Source: an uncultured Alphaproteobacteria bacterium (GTDB taxonomy: Bacteria; Pseudomonadota; Alphaproteobacteria; Methylaequorales; Methylaequoraceae). Taken from it: a stretch of DNA of 64,000 bases. The DNA is taken from positions 186,876 to 250,875 of the forward strand of contig CABZFH010000001.1 in the NCBI GenBank assembly GCA_902524895.1, read 5' to 3'. Position numbers and translations under genes: made by a program. Below the pieces are notes generated by a model, which searched no databases, had not been told where the DNA came from, and saw only the letters and a list, made by a program, of their open reading frames with translations. Each line of letters opens with the position of its first letter. Positions within the stretch are counted from its first letter, which is position 1. Shown piece by piece: positions 9,802 to 20,199 of this stretch.

Positions 9802-10071
9802 TTAATGTCTCAAACCTAAAGACTTAATTAAATCTTTATACTTGTCTTCATTTTTATTTTTTAAATATGATAAAAGTTTTTTTCTTCTACCTACAAGTTT
9901 TAGAAGACCCCTTCTGGTACTTTGATCTTTTTTATTATTCTTTAAATGGTTAGTTAGATTGTTAATTCTATCTGTCAAAACTGCAACTTGTATGTTAGTT
10001 GAACCCTTATCCTTTTCATTTTCCGAAAAATTCTTTATAATTTCTGATTTCCTATCTGCTGAAACCGACAT
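9802..10071 (-). CDS. rpsO: 30S ribosomal protein S15
   Basis: 89 aa from ATG 10071, preceded by AAGGAG. The track start at 10092 would overlap truB. GSTNIQVAVLT...RRGLLKLVGRRKKLLSYL matches S15. Confidence 0.95.
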   Translation of the reverse strand: MSVSADRKSEIIKNFSENEKDKGSTNIQVAVLTDRINNLTNHLKNNKKDQSTRRGLLKLVGRRKKLLSYLKNKNEDKYKDLIKSLGLRH

Positions 10072-10081
10072 ATTATTCTCC

Positions 10082-11005
10082 TTATTCTCCACTATTAAAA
10101 TTTAAGTTCATTATTGTATTTGGGAAAAAATACCCATTATTAATGAATCCTGCAACAACTAATTGTTCTTTATATTTAGCAACTGCAAATGTGTTAGATG
10201 ATTTTTTTTTATCATTCTTTAATATTTTTATACCATTGTTTATAAGTTTTGCCTCATTCTCATTCAAACTAAAGGTTTCTGCACCCTTAAAAATTTCATC
10301 AGCGGGTTTTAAAAACTTTACTAATTTGTCAATATGCATCATATGCTCCAAAGAATCCAGTGAAATTAGTTTTTTATCTAAATTCCCTACGCCTATTCTT
10401 CTGAGTGAATATAAATGTGCTAATGTTCCCATAGATTTAGCTAGATCTTCCATTAAAGTTCTTATATATGTACCTGAACTTACTTTAACGTAAAATTCAC
10501 TTTTTTTTTTATTTTGAAAATTTTTTAGTTTAAATTCAAATATGTCGACACTTCTAGGCTTGATAGTGAAATTCTCTCCCTTTCTGACCAACTTATATGC
10601 TCTTTCACCATTTATTTTTATTGCAGAATACTTTGGAGGAATTTGATTTATTTTTCCAATAAAAAATTTTAAGTTAGATTTAATCATTTCTTTATCAGGG
10701 TAAAAAAAAATTTCTTCTACAACTTTTCCTTCCTGATCTCCAGTTGATGTTTTAATCCCCCAAATAACTGAGCTGACATATTCTTTATACGAATTTTCAA
10801 GAAATTTAATAAATTTTGTTGTTTTACCAAGAGCAATGGGTAAAAATCCTGAAGCAAGTGGATCAAGTGTTCCTACGTATCCAGCTTTACAGCCTAAAAA
10901 AAGTTTTCTAACCCTTTGCAAAGCATTGTTTGAAGACATACCTTCAGGCTTGTCTAAAAATATCCAACCATTTATATTATCTTTAAGCTTTTTTTGCTCC
11001 ACCAT
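10082..11005 (-). CDS. truB: tRNA pseudouridine(55) synthase
   Basis: 307 aa. GTLDPLASG catalytic Asp motif. Conserved position between rbfA and rpsO. Confidence 0.93.
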   Translation of the reverse strand: MVEQKKLKDNINGWIFLDKPEGMSSNNALQRVRKLFLGCKAGYVGTLDPLASGFLPIALGKTTKFIKFLENSYKEYVSSVIWGIKTSTGDQEGKVVEEIFFYPDKEMIKSNLKFFIGKINQIPPKYSAIKINGERAYKLVRKGENFTIKPRSVDIFEFKLKNFQNKKKSEFYVKVSSGTYIRTLMEDLAKSMGTLAHLYSLRRIGVGNLDKKLISLDSLEHMMHIDKLVKFLKPADEIFKGAETFSLNENEAKLINNGIKILKNDKKKSSNTFAVAKYKEQLVVAGFINNGYFFPNTIMNLNFNSGE

Positions 11006-11011
11006 GGATAG

Positions 11012-11401
11012 CTAATTTAGGTCTTGAGCAATTTTTGGATCATTGAATAAATTTTCAATTTTTTGCGAATCTTTTTCTAAGGTATCAATCTTAAAAATGA
11101 TCTTTGGTGTGTAACGCATTGACAAATAGGTGCCAAGCTTTTTTCTAAAGACATGTGCTTCACCGCGCAAAATTTCTAAAAATAATAATTCCTCAAGTTT
11201 TTTTTCTTTTAGCCAAATTGGTAAAACAAAAACATAGGCTGTTTTAAGATCGATTGAAACATTAACTTCCGATATTAAAATCTTAAATGGGGTATCAATG
11301 TTTTCAAAAAAATAACTTTTTGTAATATCCGATAAACTTCTTTTTAGATGTTCTGATATTTTTAATTGTCTTTGATGATTTCTTTTCTTTAACTTTAGCA
11401 T
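11012..11401 (-). CDS. rbfA: Ribosome-binding factor A
   Basis: 129 aa with an RbfA-like KH fold pattern. Canonical infB-rbfA-truB order. Confidence 0.85.
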   Translation of the reverse strand: MLKLKKRNHQRQLKISEHLKRSLSDITKSYFFENIDTPFKILISEVNVSIDLKTAYVFVLPIWLKEKKLEELLFLEILRGEAHVFRKKLGTYLSMRYTPKIIFKIDTLEKDSQKIENLFNDPKIAQDLN

Positions 11402-11405
11402 TTTT

Positions 11406-13772
11406 CTAAATACCCTCGACTTGTTCCAATGAATAGAATTCTAGTGAATCATTTTCCTGTAATGCGCTAAAATTCAACAAACCTATCCCACATTCTTGAC
11501 CAACCTTTACTTCTTTGACTTCATTCTTTTCCCTCCTCAGACTTGCAACATCAGTATTATGAATTATTTCTTCGTTTCTTATAATCTTAACTTTTGATTT
11601 ACTTGTTACAAATCCGTCAAGAATTTCACATCCTGCAATATTGTCTGATTTAGATACTTTAAATATCTTCTTAACAATTGCTGTTCCTGTTAAGGTTTCT
11701 TTAAATTCAGGCTCTAGTTTACCTTTCATCATTTTATTAACATCATCTATGACTTCGTATATTATTGAATAATTTTTTATGTTAGCATTATCTCTTTTTG
11801 CAAGACTCCTCGCTTGAACATTAGTCTTTACATTAAAGCCTATTATTGTAGAATTTGTAGCAATTGCCAATGTGACATCAGATTCATTGATTTCGCCAAC
11901 TCCGGTATGTAAAATTTTTATCTTTACTTCTGCAACATCAAGCTTTAATAAACTCTGTTCAATAGCTTCTTTTGATCCATGAACATCTGCTTTAATAATT
12001 ACAGGGAATTCGGTTGAAACATCTGAACTTGCATCAGAAATCATCTGGTCAACTGTTCCTCTTTTGAGCGAAGAATTATTTCTAACCTTTTTTAACCTAT
12101 CTCTATACTGGGTTACTTCTCTTGCTCTAGATTCATTTTCTACAACTACAAACTCATCTCCAGCTTCTGGAGCACCTGACAGACCTAGGACCTCGACTGG
12201 AAAACTTGGAAATGCGATTTTAAGTCTTTTCCCTTCGTCATCCGAAAGAGCTCTAACCCTACCCCATTCTTTTCCAGCAATTACTACATCTCCAACATTA
12301 AGTTTACCTTTTTGAACTAAAACTGAAATAACTGGACCTCTTCCTTTTTCAATTTTAGATTCAATCACAACACCTTCAGCCTTTCTGTCATAATTAGCTT
12401 TAAGCTCTAAAATTTCAGATTGCAATAAAATAGCTTCTATAAGATCTTCAATTCCAGTTTTTTTTTTTGCAGAAACCTTTACAAAAACATTTTCGCCCCC
12501 CATCTTCTCACTAATAATTTCATGGGACATAAGATCTGCTTCAACTTTTTCTGGATTGGCATTCGGTAAATCTATTTTGTTAACAGCAACTATCACGGGG
12601 CATTTGGAAGCTTTAGCATGGCTTATCGCTTCAATTGTTTGATCATTTACACTATCATCTGCAGCTACAACTAATATAATTATGTCAGTTACATTTGAAC
12701 CTCTAGCTCTCATTTGACTAAATGCTGCATGTCCTGGTGTATCTAAAAAAGTAATTTTTTTTTCGTTTGTTTCAATCATATATGCACCGATATGTTGTGT
12801 TATACCTCCAGCCTCAGTTAGAGTGACTTTTTTTTCTCTGATTGCATCTAATAACGATGTCTTGCCATGATCAACGTGTCCCATAATTGTTACAACTGGA
12901 GGCCTTGTCTCTAATTCTTCATCCTGATCAGATTGTCCTGATAGACCAATTTCAACGTCACCTTCACTAACTCTTTTTGGAACATGTCCAAATTCAATTG
13001 CAACTAATTCAGCAGTATCGCCATCAATAGTTTGGTTAATAGTTGCCATAACCCCTAGCTTCATCAAAACTTTAATAAGGTCAGATGTTCTTTCTGCCAT
13101 CCGTACCCCCAACTCATTAACAGCGATAAAATCAGGAATAATAATTTCACGCTTCTTTTTTTCTTTGACTTGTTCTTTTATTTCTCCTGTCTGAGATAAC
13201 CTAAGTTTAGCTTTTTCTCTGGCCCTTTTTATTGCTGCCATAGATCTTACTCTTTCGTTATTTTCTTCTAGAGCTTGAGAAATTGTAAGCTTACCTTTCC
13301 TTCTTTCATTCTGTTTTTTTTGAACTTTAATGAGTTTTAGACTTTTAATTTTTTTTGTTTTTTCAGATTCTTCTTCGGTGTTTTCTTCGACGAGGCTAGG
13401 ATTTTTATTTGTATCTCTTTTAGAATCTTTTAATTGTGGCTTACTATCTGAAAATACTTTATTTTCCGTTTGCTGTTGATCTTCAACTTCTTTTTTTACA
13501 TCAATATTTTTATCTACTATATCTTTAGCCTTATTTTCATTTTTCAGTGAAGTGAGTTCATCTGAAATTTTATTAGAACTACCATCATTTTTTATTTCAG
13601 TATTTATTACTGTTGGTGTTTTACTTTTAAAAGACCTTTTCTTTTTTACCTCAACGGTTACTGATCTTGACCTTCCATGAGAAAAACTTTGCTTTATCTT
13701 TCCTGCATCAAAAGTTTTTTTTAATTCAAGAGTCCCAGTTAATGTTCTTTTCTTTTCAGTATCTTTTTCCAT
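11406..13772 (-). CDS. infB: Translation initiation factor IF-2
   Basis: 788 aa. Lys/Glu-rich N-terminus. GTPase motifs GHVDHGKT, DTPGH, NKID. Confidence 0.97.
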   Translation of the reverse strand: MEKDTEKKRTLTGTLELKKTFDAGKIKQSFSHGRSRSVTVEVKKKRSFKSKTPTVINTEIKNDGSSNKISDELTSLKNENKAKDIVDKNIDVKKEVEDQQQTENKVFSDSKPQLKDSKRDTNKNPSLVEENTEEESEKTKKIKSLKLIKVQKKQNERRKGKLTISQALEENNERVRSMAAIKRAREKAKLRLSQTGEIKEQVKEKKKREIIIPDFIAVNELGVRMAERTSDLIKVLMKLGVMATINQTIDGDTAELVAIEFGHVPKRVSEGDVEIGLSGQSDQDEELETRPPVVTIMGHVDHGKTSLLDAIREKKVTLTEAGGITQHIGAYMIETNEKKITFLDTPGHAAFSQMRARGSNVTDIIILVVAADDSVNDQTIEAISHAKASKCPVIVAVNKIDLPNANPEKVEADLMSHEIISEKMGGENVFVKVSAKKKTGIEDLIEAILLQSEILELKANYDRKAEGVVIESKIEKGRGPVISVLVQKGKLNVGDVVIAGKEWGRVRALSDDEGKRLKIAFPSFPVEVLGLSGAPEAGDEFVVVENESRAREVTQYRDRLKKVRNNSSLKRGTVDQMISDASSDVSTEFPVIIKADVHGSKEAIEQSLLKLDVAEVKIKILHTGVGEINESDVTLAIATNSTIIGFNVKTNVQARSLAKRDNANIKNYSIIYEVIDDVNKMMKGKLEPEFKETLTGTAIVKKIFKVSKSDNIAGCEILDGFVTSKSKVKIIRNEEIIHNTDVASLRREKNEVKEVKVGQECGIGLLNFSALQENDSLEFYSLEQVEGI

Positions 13773-13775
13773 AGC

Positions 13776-15314
13776 TTAAACTTTATCAAACCAGTGCTTT
13801 CTAGCTTCAATTATTATTTCATCAGCTTTTGCTTTTTGTAAAGAACCTGTGCCAATAATTTCAATTAATTCCTCACTTGATAGATCAGCAAGATCATCCC
13901 TGCTTTTAATTTCTTTTTCTACCAACGTAATCAGTTGCTTTGAGTTAAATGGAGTATCATTAATTAAGTAATCCTCAATACCCATCGATCTTGCTTTCTT
14001 AATATTTTCCTCTTCAGTTTTTTTAAGATATACATTGGCTCTTTCCTTTAATTCATTTGCTAAATTATTATCAAAACCTTCAATTGACATCAATTCTTCC
14101 ATTGTGACTAGTGATAGATCTTCAACTGAACTAAATCCTTCTGTAACCAATAGGTGAGCTATGACTTCGTCTACATCTAAAGCAGAAATAAAAATCTGAG
14201 AAATTCTTTTGAGCTCCTCATTTCTTCTTTCAGACTCTTGGCTAACAGTTAAAATATCGATATCCCAGCCTGAAACTGAACTTGCAAGACGAACATTTTG
14301 TCCCCTTCTGCCAATAGCTAAGCTAAGTTGCTCATCAGGAACAATAATATCAATTTTATTTAATTCCTCTTCAATTATTACCTTTTCAACTTCAGCAGGT
14401 CCTAATGCATTTACAACAAAAGTTGCTGTATCTTCAGACCACAAAACTATGTCTATTTTTTCTCCTTGTAATTCATTAACAACTGCTTGCACCCTACTAC
14501 CTCTCATTCCTACACATGCGCCAACAGGATCAATACTTTTTTCTTTTGAATAAACTGCAATTTTGGCTCTACTTCCAGGATCTCTAGCAACAGATTTAAC
14601 TTCAATAATTCCATCGTAAATCTCAGGAACTTCTTGAGCGAATAGTTGTACTAAGAATTGATTGTGCGCACGAGATAGAAAAATCTGTGGCCCTTTGGAT
14701 TCTTCTCTTACGTCCATTATGTAAGCTCTTACTCTATCTGATCTTCTAAACGTTTCACGATTAAGCAATTCCTCTCTTTTTAGAAGTGCCTCAGCTCTAC
14801 CTAAATCAACAACTATATTTCCATATTCAACTCTTTTAACTATACCATTAACAATTTCACCTATTTTATCTTTAAACAACTCAAATTGCATTGATCTTTC
14901 TGCCTCTTTAACTTTTTGTACTATAACCTGCTTAGCAGTTTGTACGGCTATTCGACCAAAATCTATTTGTGGTAACTGATCAACAATATATTCTCCAATT
15001 TTTACATCTAAATTCTTTTTTTTTGCCTCATTAATTTGAATCTTATTTACCTTTCCTTCATCTGGTTGAGAATCCAATGATTCAACAACTTCAAGATATC
15101 TGAACAATCCAATTTTTCCGGATTTTCTATCAACGTGAGCTCTTATATCAAACTCTTGTCCGTATTTCGTTCTTCCAGCCTTCGCAATAGCATTTTCCAT
15201 TGCACTGAGAACTTCCTCGGAATCAATCCCTTTTTCTTTAGCAATATTTTTTGCAATCTCCAATAAATCAACTGGAAATAAATCCTCTTGGTTATTTTCT
15301 GGCAACTTATTCAT
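13776..15314 (-). CDS. nusA: Transcription termination/antitermination factor NusA
   Basis: 512 aa with S1, two KH domains (AIGRRGQNVRLAS) and C-terminal HhH repeats. Located upstream of infB. Confidence 0.96.
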   Translation of the reverse strand: MNKLPENNQEDLFPVDLLEIAKNIAKEKGIDSEEVLSAMENAIAKAGRTKYGQEFDIRAHVDRKSGKIGLFRYLEVVESLDSQPDEGKVNKIQINEAKKKNLDVKIGEYIVDQLPQIDFGRIAVQTAKQVIVQKVKEAERSMQFELFKDKIGEIVNGIVKRVEYGNIVVDLGRAEALLKREELLNRETFRRSDRVRAYIMDVREESKGPQIFLSRAHNQFLVQLFAQEVPEIYDGIIEVKSVARDPGSRAKIAVYSKEKSIDPVGACVGMRGSRVQAVVNELQGEKIDIVLWSEDTATFVVNALGPAEVEKVIIEEELNKIDIIVPDEQLSLAIGRRGQNVRLASSVSGWDIDILTVSQESERRNEELKRISQIFISALDVDEVIAHLLVTEGFSSVEDLSLVTMEELMSIEGFDNNLANELKERANVYLKKTEEENIKKARSMGIEDYLINDTPFNSKQLITLVEKEIKSRDDLADLSSEELIEIIGTGSLQKAKADEIIIEARKHWFDKV

Positions 15315-15445
15315 GTCATATTACCTATCTAAAATATAAAAAATACTATTTACATACCAATGATTTGGTAAAACTTAAATAAATTAATAATTTTTTTAAC
15401 TTTAATGATTATAATCTAAAATTTAAAAAATTTTAATTTCAAAAT

Positions 15446-16111
15446 TTAAATTTTTTTCGGGATATATTTAAACACAATTAAATGAGGAAAATTAAAATTT
15501 TCAACTGACTTAATTGCATATTTAGTATTCTTAAAAGGAAAAATATTTTGTTTCTCCAAAAAAGTTCTAGCCATCAAAAATTCCCCATCGCTTAGAAATA
15601 TAGAAACCATATCGGAGATGTAGTCAGTGTAATCGCTTTTTAAAAAAACTTTACCTTCATTTTGAATGATAATTTTAATCATTTTATAAAATTCACTATT
15701 AACTAACCTTCTTTTTGCATGTTTCCTCTTAGGCCAAGGATCGGGAAATAAAATAAAAATATTTTCGTATTTCAAGCTATTCAAATATTCAAAGCACTTA
15801 GAAAATTCCAAATTAGATATCAAAATATTGTTTAATGACATTAATGATATCTTCTTTGAAACAATAACATTACCACTCCAAAATGGATCACAGCCAATGA
15901 ATCCAGCGTTAGGATTATTAGCTGCTAAATTTATAATATTATCACCGTTGCCAAAACCAATTTCTAAATTGACACTTGTATAAATTTTTCTAAATTCTAA
16001 AATTTTTTCTTTTATATTATCTTCGGAAAGAAAATATTTACATGCAGAATTTAGGTCTAGTATTTTGTTTTTATGATTGCGTGAAAATCTTCTGCCATAA
16101 AAATTTTTCAC
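15446..16111 (-). CDS. trmB: tRNA (guanine-N7)-methyltransferase
   Basis: 221 aa. LEIGFGNG SAM motif and FPDPWPKRKH motif. The GTG start overlaps the metK stop by 1 nt. Confidence 0.88.
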   Translation of the reverse strand: MKNFYGRRFSRNHKNKILDLNSACKYFLSEDNIKEKILEFRKIYTSVNLEIGFGNGDNIINLAANNPNAGFIGCDPFWSGNVIVSKKISLMSLNNILISNLEFSKCFEYLNSLKYENIFILFPDPWPKRKHAKRRLVNSEFYKMIKIIIQNEGKVFLKSDYTDYISDMVSIFLSDGEFLMARTFLEKQNIFPFKNTKYAIKSVENFNFPHLIVFKYIPKKI

Positions 16112-17292
16112 TAAAGTCTAGATAAAATTTCTTCAACAAGATCAATTTTTTCCCAAGTAAATTTACCTGTTTTTTCACATGGTTGTCTGCCAAAATGGCC
16201 ATAGGAAGCAGTATCAAAATAAATTGGGTTGTCAAGCATTAAATGCTTTCTAATCCCGGCAGGAGATAAGTCTACAATGTCATTGATAGTATTAATGAGT
16301 TTATTAATATCTATATCCGAACCTTTATTTGTTTTTAGATATATTGAAACTGGTCTTGAAACTCCAATTGCATAAGATAGTTGTATTAAACATTTATCAA
16401 CTATTTTGGAAGCAACAATATTTTTCGCAAGGTATCTTGCCATATATGCCGCGGAACGATCTACCTTTGATTGATCTTTTCCAGAAAACGCACCCCCTCC
16501 ATGTGGAGCTGCACCACCATAAGTATCAACAACAATTTTTCTACCAGTTAGACCGGTGTCACCGTCTGGTCCGCCGACGACAAACCTTCCTGTAGGATTA
16601 ATTAATATATTTTTCTCTTGTGGCATCCAACCACTTGGAATAGATGTACTTATCAATGATTTTACCTTTTCTCTTACTTCTTGATTTCCTACATCATCAT
16701 TATGTTGTGTAGAAACAACAATTGAATCAATGCCTACAGGTTTTGAATTTTCATATATTACACTTACTTGACTTTTGGAATCTGGACCAAAGAACGAATT
16801 ATTTTGATGTCTAAATTGAGCTAAAGATTTTAAGATTTGGTGAGAATATTCAATAGCCGCAGGCATATAATTTGATGTCTCGGAACAAGCAAAACCAAAC
16901 ATTATGCCCTGATCTCCAGCTCCTTGTTCTTTTTTATCCGTAACTTCATCTACTCCCATAGCTATATCTGATGACTGTTGATGAAGATAGTTTTCAATGT
17001 GAAGATTTTCCCAATGAAAACCTTTTTGTTCATAACCAATTTTTTTAACTATATCTCTAATCAAAAAATCTATTTTTTCGTTTGTAACGCTATCTTTATT
17101 TTTATTTATGTTTACTTCACCTGATACAATTACCCTGTTAGTGGTAGCTAAAGTTTCACACGCAACTCTAGATCTTTCGTCGGCACTGAGATAAAGATCT
17201 AAAATTCCGTCTGAAATTTGATCACATACTTTATCAGGATGACCTTCTGATACAGACTCGCTTGTGAAAATATGATTCTCTGGTGAGGTCAT
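16111..17292 (-). CDS. metK: S-adenosylmethionine synthetase
   Basis: 393 aa. Motifs SESVSEGHPDK, GAGDQG, GGGAFSGKD. Confidence 0.97.
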   Translation of the reverse strand: MTSPENHIFTSESVSEGHPDKVCDQISDGILDLYLSADERSRVACETLATTNRVIVSGEVNINKNKDSVTNEKIDFLIRDIVKKIGYEQKGFHWENLHIENYLHQQSSDIAMGVDEVTDKKEQGAGDQGIMFGFACSETSNYMPAAIEYSHQILKSLAQFRHQNNSFFGPDSKSQVSVIYENSKPVGIDSIVVSTQHNDDVGNQEVREKVKSLISTSIPSGWMPQEKNILINPTGRFVVGGPDGDTGLTGRKIVVDTYGGAAPHGGGAFSGKDQSKVDRSAAYMARYLAKNIVASKIVDKCLIQLSYAIGVSRPVSIYLKTNKGSDIDINKLINTINDIVDLSPAGIRKHLMLDNPIYFDTASYGHFGRQPCEKTGKFTWEKIDLVEEILSRL

Positions 17293-17333
17293 TTTATATT
17301 ATTTGAAAAAATAAATTATGATATTAATTAGTT

Positions 17334-18827
17334 CTATGTTTTTAGCAACCTTTTTTTAAAAATAAAAAAATCAGCCAATAAGCTTACTATCAGCATAAAA
17401 ATTATTAAATACAAAATTACAATATTTCCGAATTTTGAAAAAATTGAGTCATTTTTACCAATACTCATATCTAAATCTGAAAATCCGTCAGAGTTCAAAT
17501 CCATTGATTTTAAAAGCTTTCCATTTACGTCGTATGCTCCAGAAATTCCAGAATTTGAAACTCTTATTAAAGGCAAACCTCTCTCCAAGGACCTAAATCT
17601 TGAAGCAACAAGGTGTTGATAAGGACCAGTAGTACTCCCAAACCAAGCGTCGTTTGTAATATTGATTATTACATTTATTTCAGTGCTGTTTACGTTTTTA
17701 AAAATTCCTTCATAACAAATAGAAGGTTCAATAAAGATACCTGATGTCGAAATTTCTAAAAGCCTTCGTTTCGTTCCAATAGAAAAATCCTTACTACCAT
17801 GGGTTAGGGTTTTAATTGGAAAAAGATTTCTATAGGGTATAAATTCTCCGAATGGAACTAGCTTAATTTTGTCAAAATATTTATATCCACTATTATCAAT
17901 TGCATAAAAAGTATTAAATATTTTTTCATTTTCTCTTCTTAAGCCACCTGAAATCAATACTTCATTTTCATCAAAATTTTCTTTTAAAAGATTCATCAAT
18001 TGATTATTTTCATTTAAAAATTCTGTAATAGCAACCTCAGGCCAGACTATTATTCGGTGAGAAAAGTTACCTTTATTCTTAATTGATAAATTTATTAATT
18101 TAGATAAATTTTTCTTTTTATATTCTTTTTTCCATTTCAACTCTTGGGGTATATTTGGTTGAACCAATCTAACTTGTATCGTTCTATCCAAAGGTTTTTC
18201 AAAAAGTATATTTCCAAAAATATATAAAAACACAGGAAAGCCAAAAAAAACAAAAAAAGAAAATCTATAGAGTTTGTGAATTAACAAATGAGAAATTAGA
18301 ACGAACCAAAAAATTGTTAAAAAAGAAAGGCCGTGAACTCCAATATATTTTGAGACTATCATAAAATTATTATCAAATGCCCAAACATGAGAAAATAGAT
18401 TCCAAGGAAAACCACCTAAAACTGTTGATCTTAAATACTCAAATAAAAAGATTAACAAAGAGTAAATTAATGTATTTAAGAAAATAAAGTTTTTACTTAA
18501 AGAATAGCTGTTTTTATAAATGCTAATCAAAAAAAAAGGAATAGATAAAAATAAGCTAAGAAATAATGGAAAGACTAACAAAACTAATGGTATAAAAAAA
18601 GTAAAACTCTTTTCAACCAGTAATGGAAAAATAATCCAATGAAATCCAAATAAAAAATAACCAAAAGAAAAAAAAATTACGCACAAAAAAATTTTTTTAT
18701 GCGAGTGAATGTTTATAATATTTTTGAAAAATTTATAGAATCCTAATATTCCCAACGGGATTAAATATAAATTAGGCAGTGAAAATGAAGATAGCAATCC
18801 CCAAAAAAAAAAATTAAACAAATACAT
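17334..18827 (-). CDS. lnt: Apolipoprotein N-acyltransferase
   Basis: 497 aa. Polytopic N-terminal membrane domain plus a C-terminal nitrilase/CN-hydrolase domain (WPE, ICYE, NDAWFG). Confidence 0.9.
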   Translation of the reverse strand: MYLFNFFFWGLLSSFSLPNLYLIPLGILGFYKFFKNIINIHSHKKIFLCVIFFSFGYFLFGFHWIIFPLLVEKSFTFFIPLVLLVFPLFLSLFLSIPFFLISIYKNSYSLSKNFIFLNTLIYSLLIFLFEYLRSTVLGGFPWNLFSHVWAFDNNFMIVSKYIGVHGLSFLTIFWFVLISHLLIHKLYRFSFFVFFGFPVFLYIFGNILFEKPLDRTIQVRLVQPNIPQELKWKKEYKKKNLSKLINLSIKNKGNFSHRIIVWPEVAITEFLNENNQLMNLLKENFDENEVLISGGLRRENEKIFNTFYAIDNSGYKYFDKIKLVPFGEFIPYRNLFPIKTLTHGSKDFSIGTKRRLLEISTSGIFIEPSICYEGIFKNVNSTEINVIINITNDAWFGSTTGPYQHLVASRFRSLERGLPLIRVSNSGISGAYDVNGKLLKSMDLNSDGFSDLDMSIGKNDSIFSKFGNIVILYLIIFMLIVSLLADFFIFKKRLLKT

Positions 18828-18828
18828 T

Positions 18829-19695
18829 TTATTTAAATTGCACCAAAAGTTTTTTTATTCTTCTAGCATCAACCTCTACTACACTAAATTCTATTCCCGA
18901 GGGATGGTTAATAACTTCACCTCGACCAGGAACTCTTTCAGCTAAAACAAAAACCAGCCCTCCAATTGTATCAACTTTATCTTTCTCTTGAATATTTACA
19001 ATTTTTCCCGATTTTTTTTCAAAATCCTCTATCAACATCCTTGCAGAAATCTCAAAAGCACCCTTCGAGATTTTTTTAAAGTGCTCTCTTTGAACCATAT
19101 CGTGCTCATCTTCAATTTCTCCTACAATTTCTTCAACGAGGTCCTCAATTGTAACTAATCCATTGGTTCCACCATACTCATCAACAACAATAGCCATATG
19201 TATCTTTTCTGATCTCATTTTAAGAAGTAAGTCTAAAATCTTCATTGAAGGGGATGTAAATAAAATTTTTCTTAATATAGTTTTTGTTAATTTTTTTTCA
19301 ATTTTAGGATTTTTAGAGTCTTTAAGTAAATTAAATAGATCTCTTATATGGACCATACCAACAATTTTATCTAGATTATCCTCAAATATTGGGATTCTGG
19401 AGTGTTTTGAACCACTCATTAAAGTAGATAAATTTTTTAATGACGAGCTATCTGATATCGCGACAATATTCGCTCTAGGAACCATTATATCCTCAACACA
19501 TTTATTGTGAATATCAATTACATTACTAAAAATCTTTTTTGTTTTATCATCAATTTTTTCATCAGATATATCTTGTTGATCAATTAAATCATCAATAACT
19601 TCTTTATAATTAACTTTTCTATTTGTAGAAAAAAACTTTTTAAAAATTTGTATCAAATATGATTTCATATTATTAATGATTATTGGCTGGTGCAT
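18829..19695 (-). CDS. corC: CBS-pair / CorC_HlyC domain protein (CorC/TlyC family)
   Basis: 288 aa. Tandem CBS region, DEYGGTNGLVTIEDLVEEIVGEI, transporter-associated C-domain. Conserved ybeY-corC-lnt order. Confidence 0.85.
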   Translation of the reverse strand: MHQPIIINNMKSYLIQIFKKFFSTNRKVNYKEVIDDLIDQQDISDEKIDDKTKKIFSNVIDIHNKCVEDIMVPRANIVAISDSSSLKNLSTLMSGSKHSRIPIFEDNLDKIVGMVHIRDLFNLLKDSKNPKIEKKLTKTILRKILFTSPSMKILDLLLKMRSEKIHMAIVVDEYGGTNGLVTIEDLVEEIVGEIEDEHDMVQREHFKKISKGAFEISARMLIEDFEKKSGKIVNIQEKDKVDTIGGLVFVLAERVPGRGEVINHPSGIEFSVVEVDARRIKKLLVQFK

Positions 19696-19716
19696 TTAAT
19701 TTTCTGTCAAGTATTT

Positions 19717-20199
19717 TCATTTATTTTTCTCAAAATATGGATTGCCTATTGACAATTTTGACAAAATACTGATCTCTTTCTCCTCCATTATTTTTGCATT
19801 CTTTTTATTGTCATGTTCATATCCTAAAAGATGCATAAATCCGTGTAAAATTAAATGAGAGAGATGATCCTTAAATTTTTTAGACTGCATGATTGATTCA
19901 GTCTTTACTTTTTCAAGTGAGATAACTATGTCGCCCAAGAAAACCTTCTTAACTTGATTATCATCAATTATTAAATTTTGCTGAAAAGATAAAACATTTG
20001 TAATCTTATTGCTTTTTCTATATTTTTCATTTAATTGTTTTATATAGTTGTTGTCAGTTGCCAAGATACTTACTTCATAATCTAAATTATTGTTTGTTGC
20101 TAAATCTTTAAATGCTTCTAATATTGTTTTACTGATAATAAATTTGATTTGCTCTTTATCAAAATTAAAAATTTTATAAAATTTAAGTTTAATCTTCAT
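19717..20199 (-). CDS. ybeY: rRNA maturation endoribonuclease YbeY
   Basis: 160 aa. Zinc motif HGFMHLLGYEH. Confidence 0.92.
   Translation of the reverse strand: MKIKLKFYKIFNFDKEQIKFIISKTILEAFKDLATNNNLDYEVSILATDNNYIKQLNEKYRKSNKITNVLSFQQNLIIDDNQVKKVFLGDIVISLEKVKTESIMQSKKFKDHLSHLILHGFMHLLGYEHDNKKNAKIMEEKEISILSKLSIGNPYFEKNK

Noticed and set aside
17293-17333. Possible SAM riboswitch upstream of metK.
   Set aside because: Only 41 nt separate the metK start from the lnt stop, which is too short for SAM-II or SAM-V aptamers, and no pseudoknot-forming complementary segments are visible.
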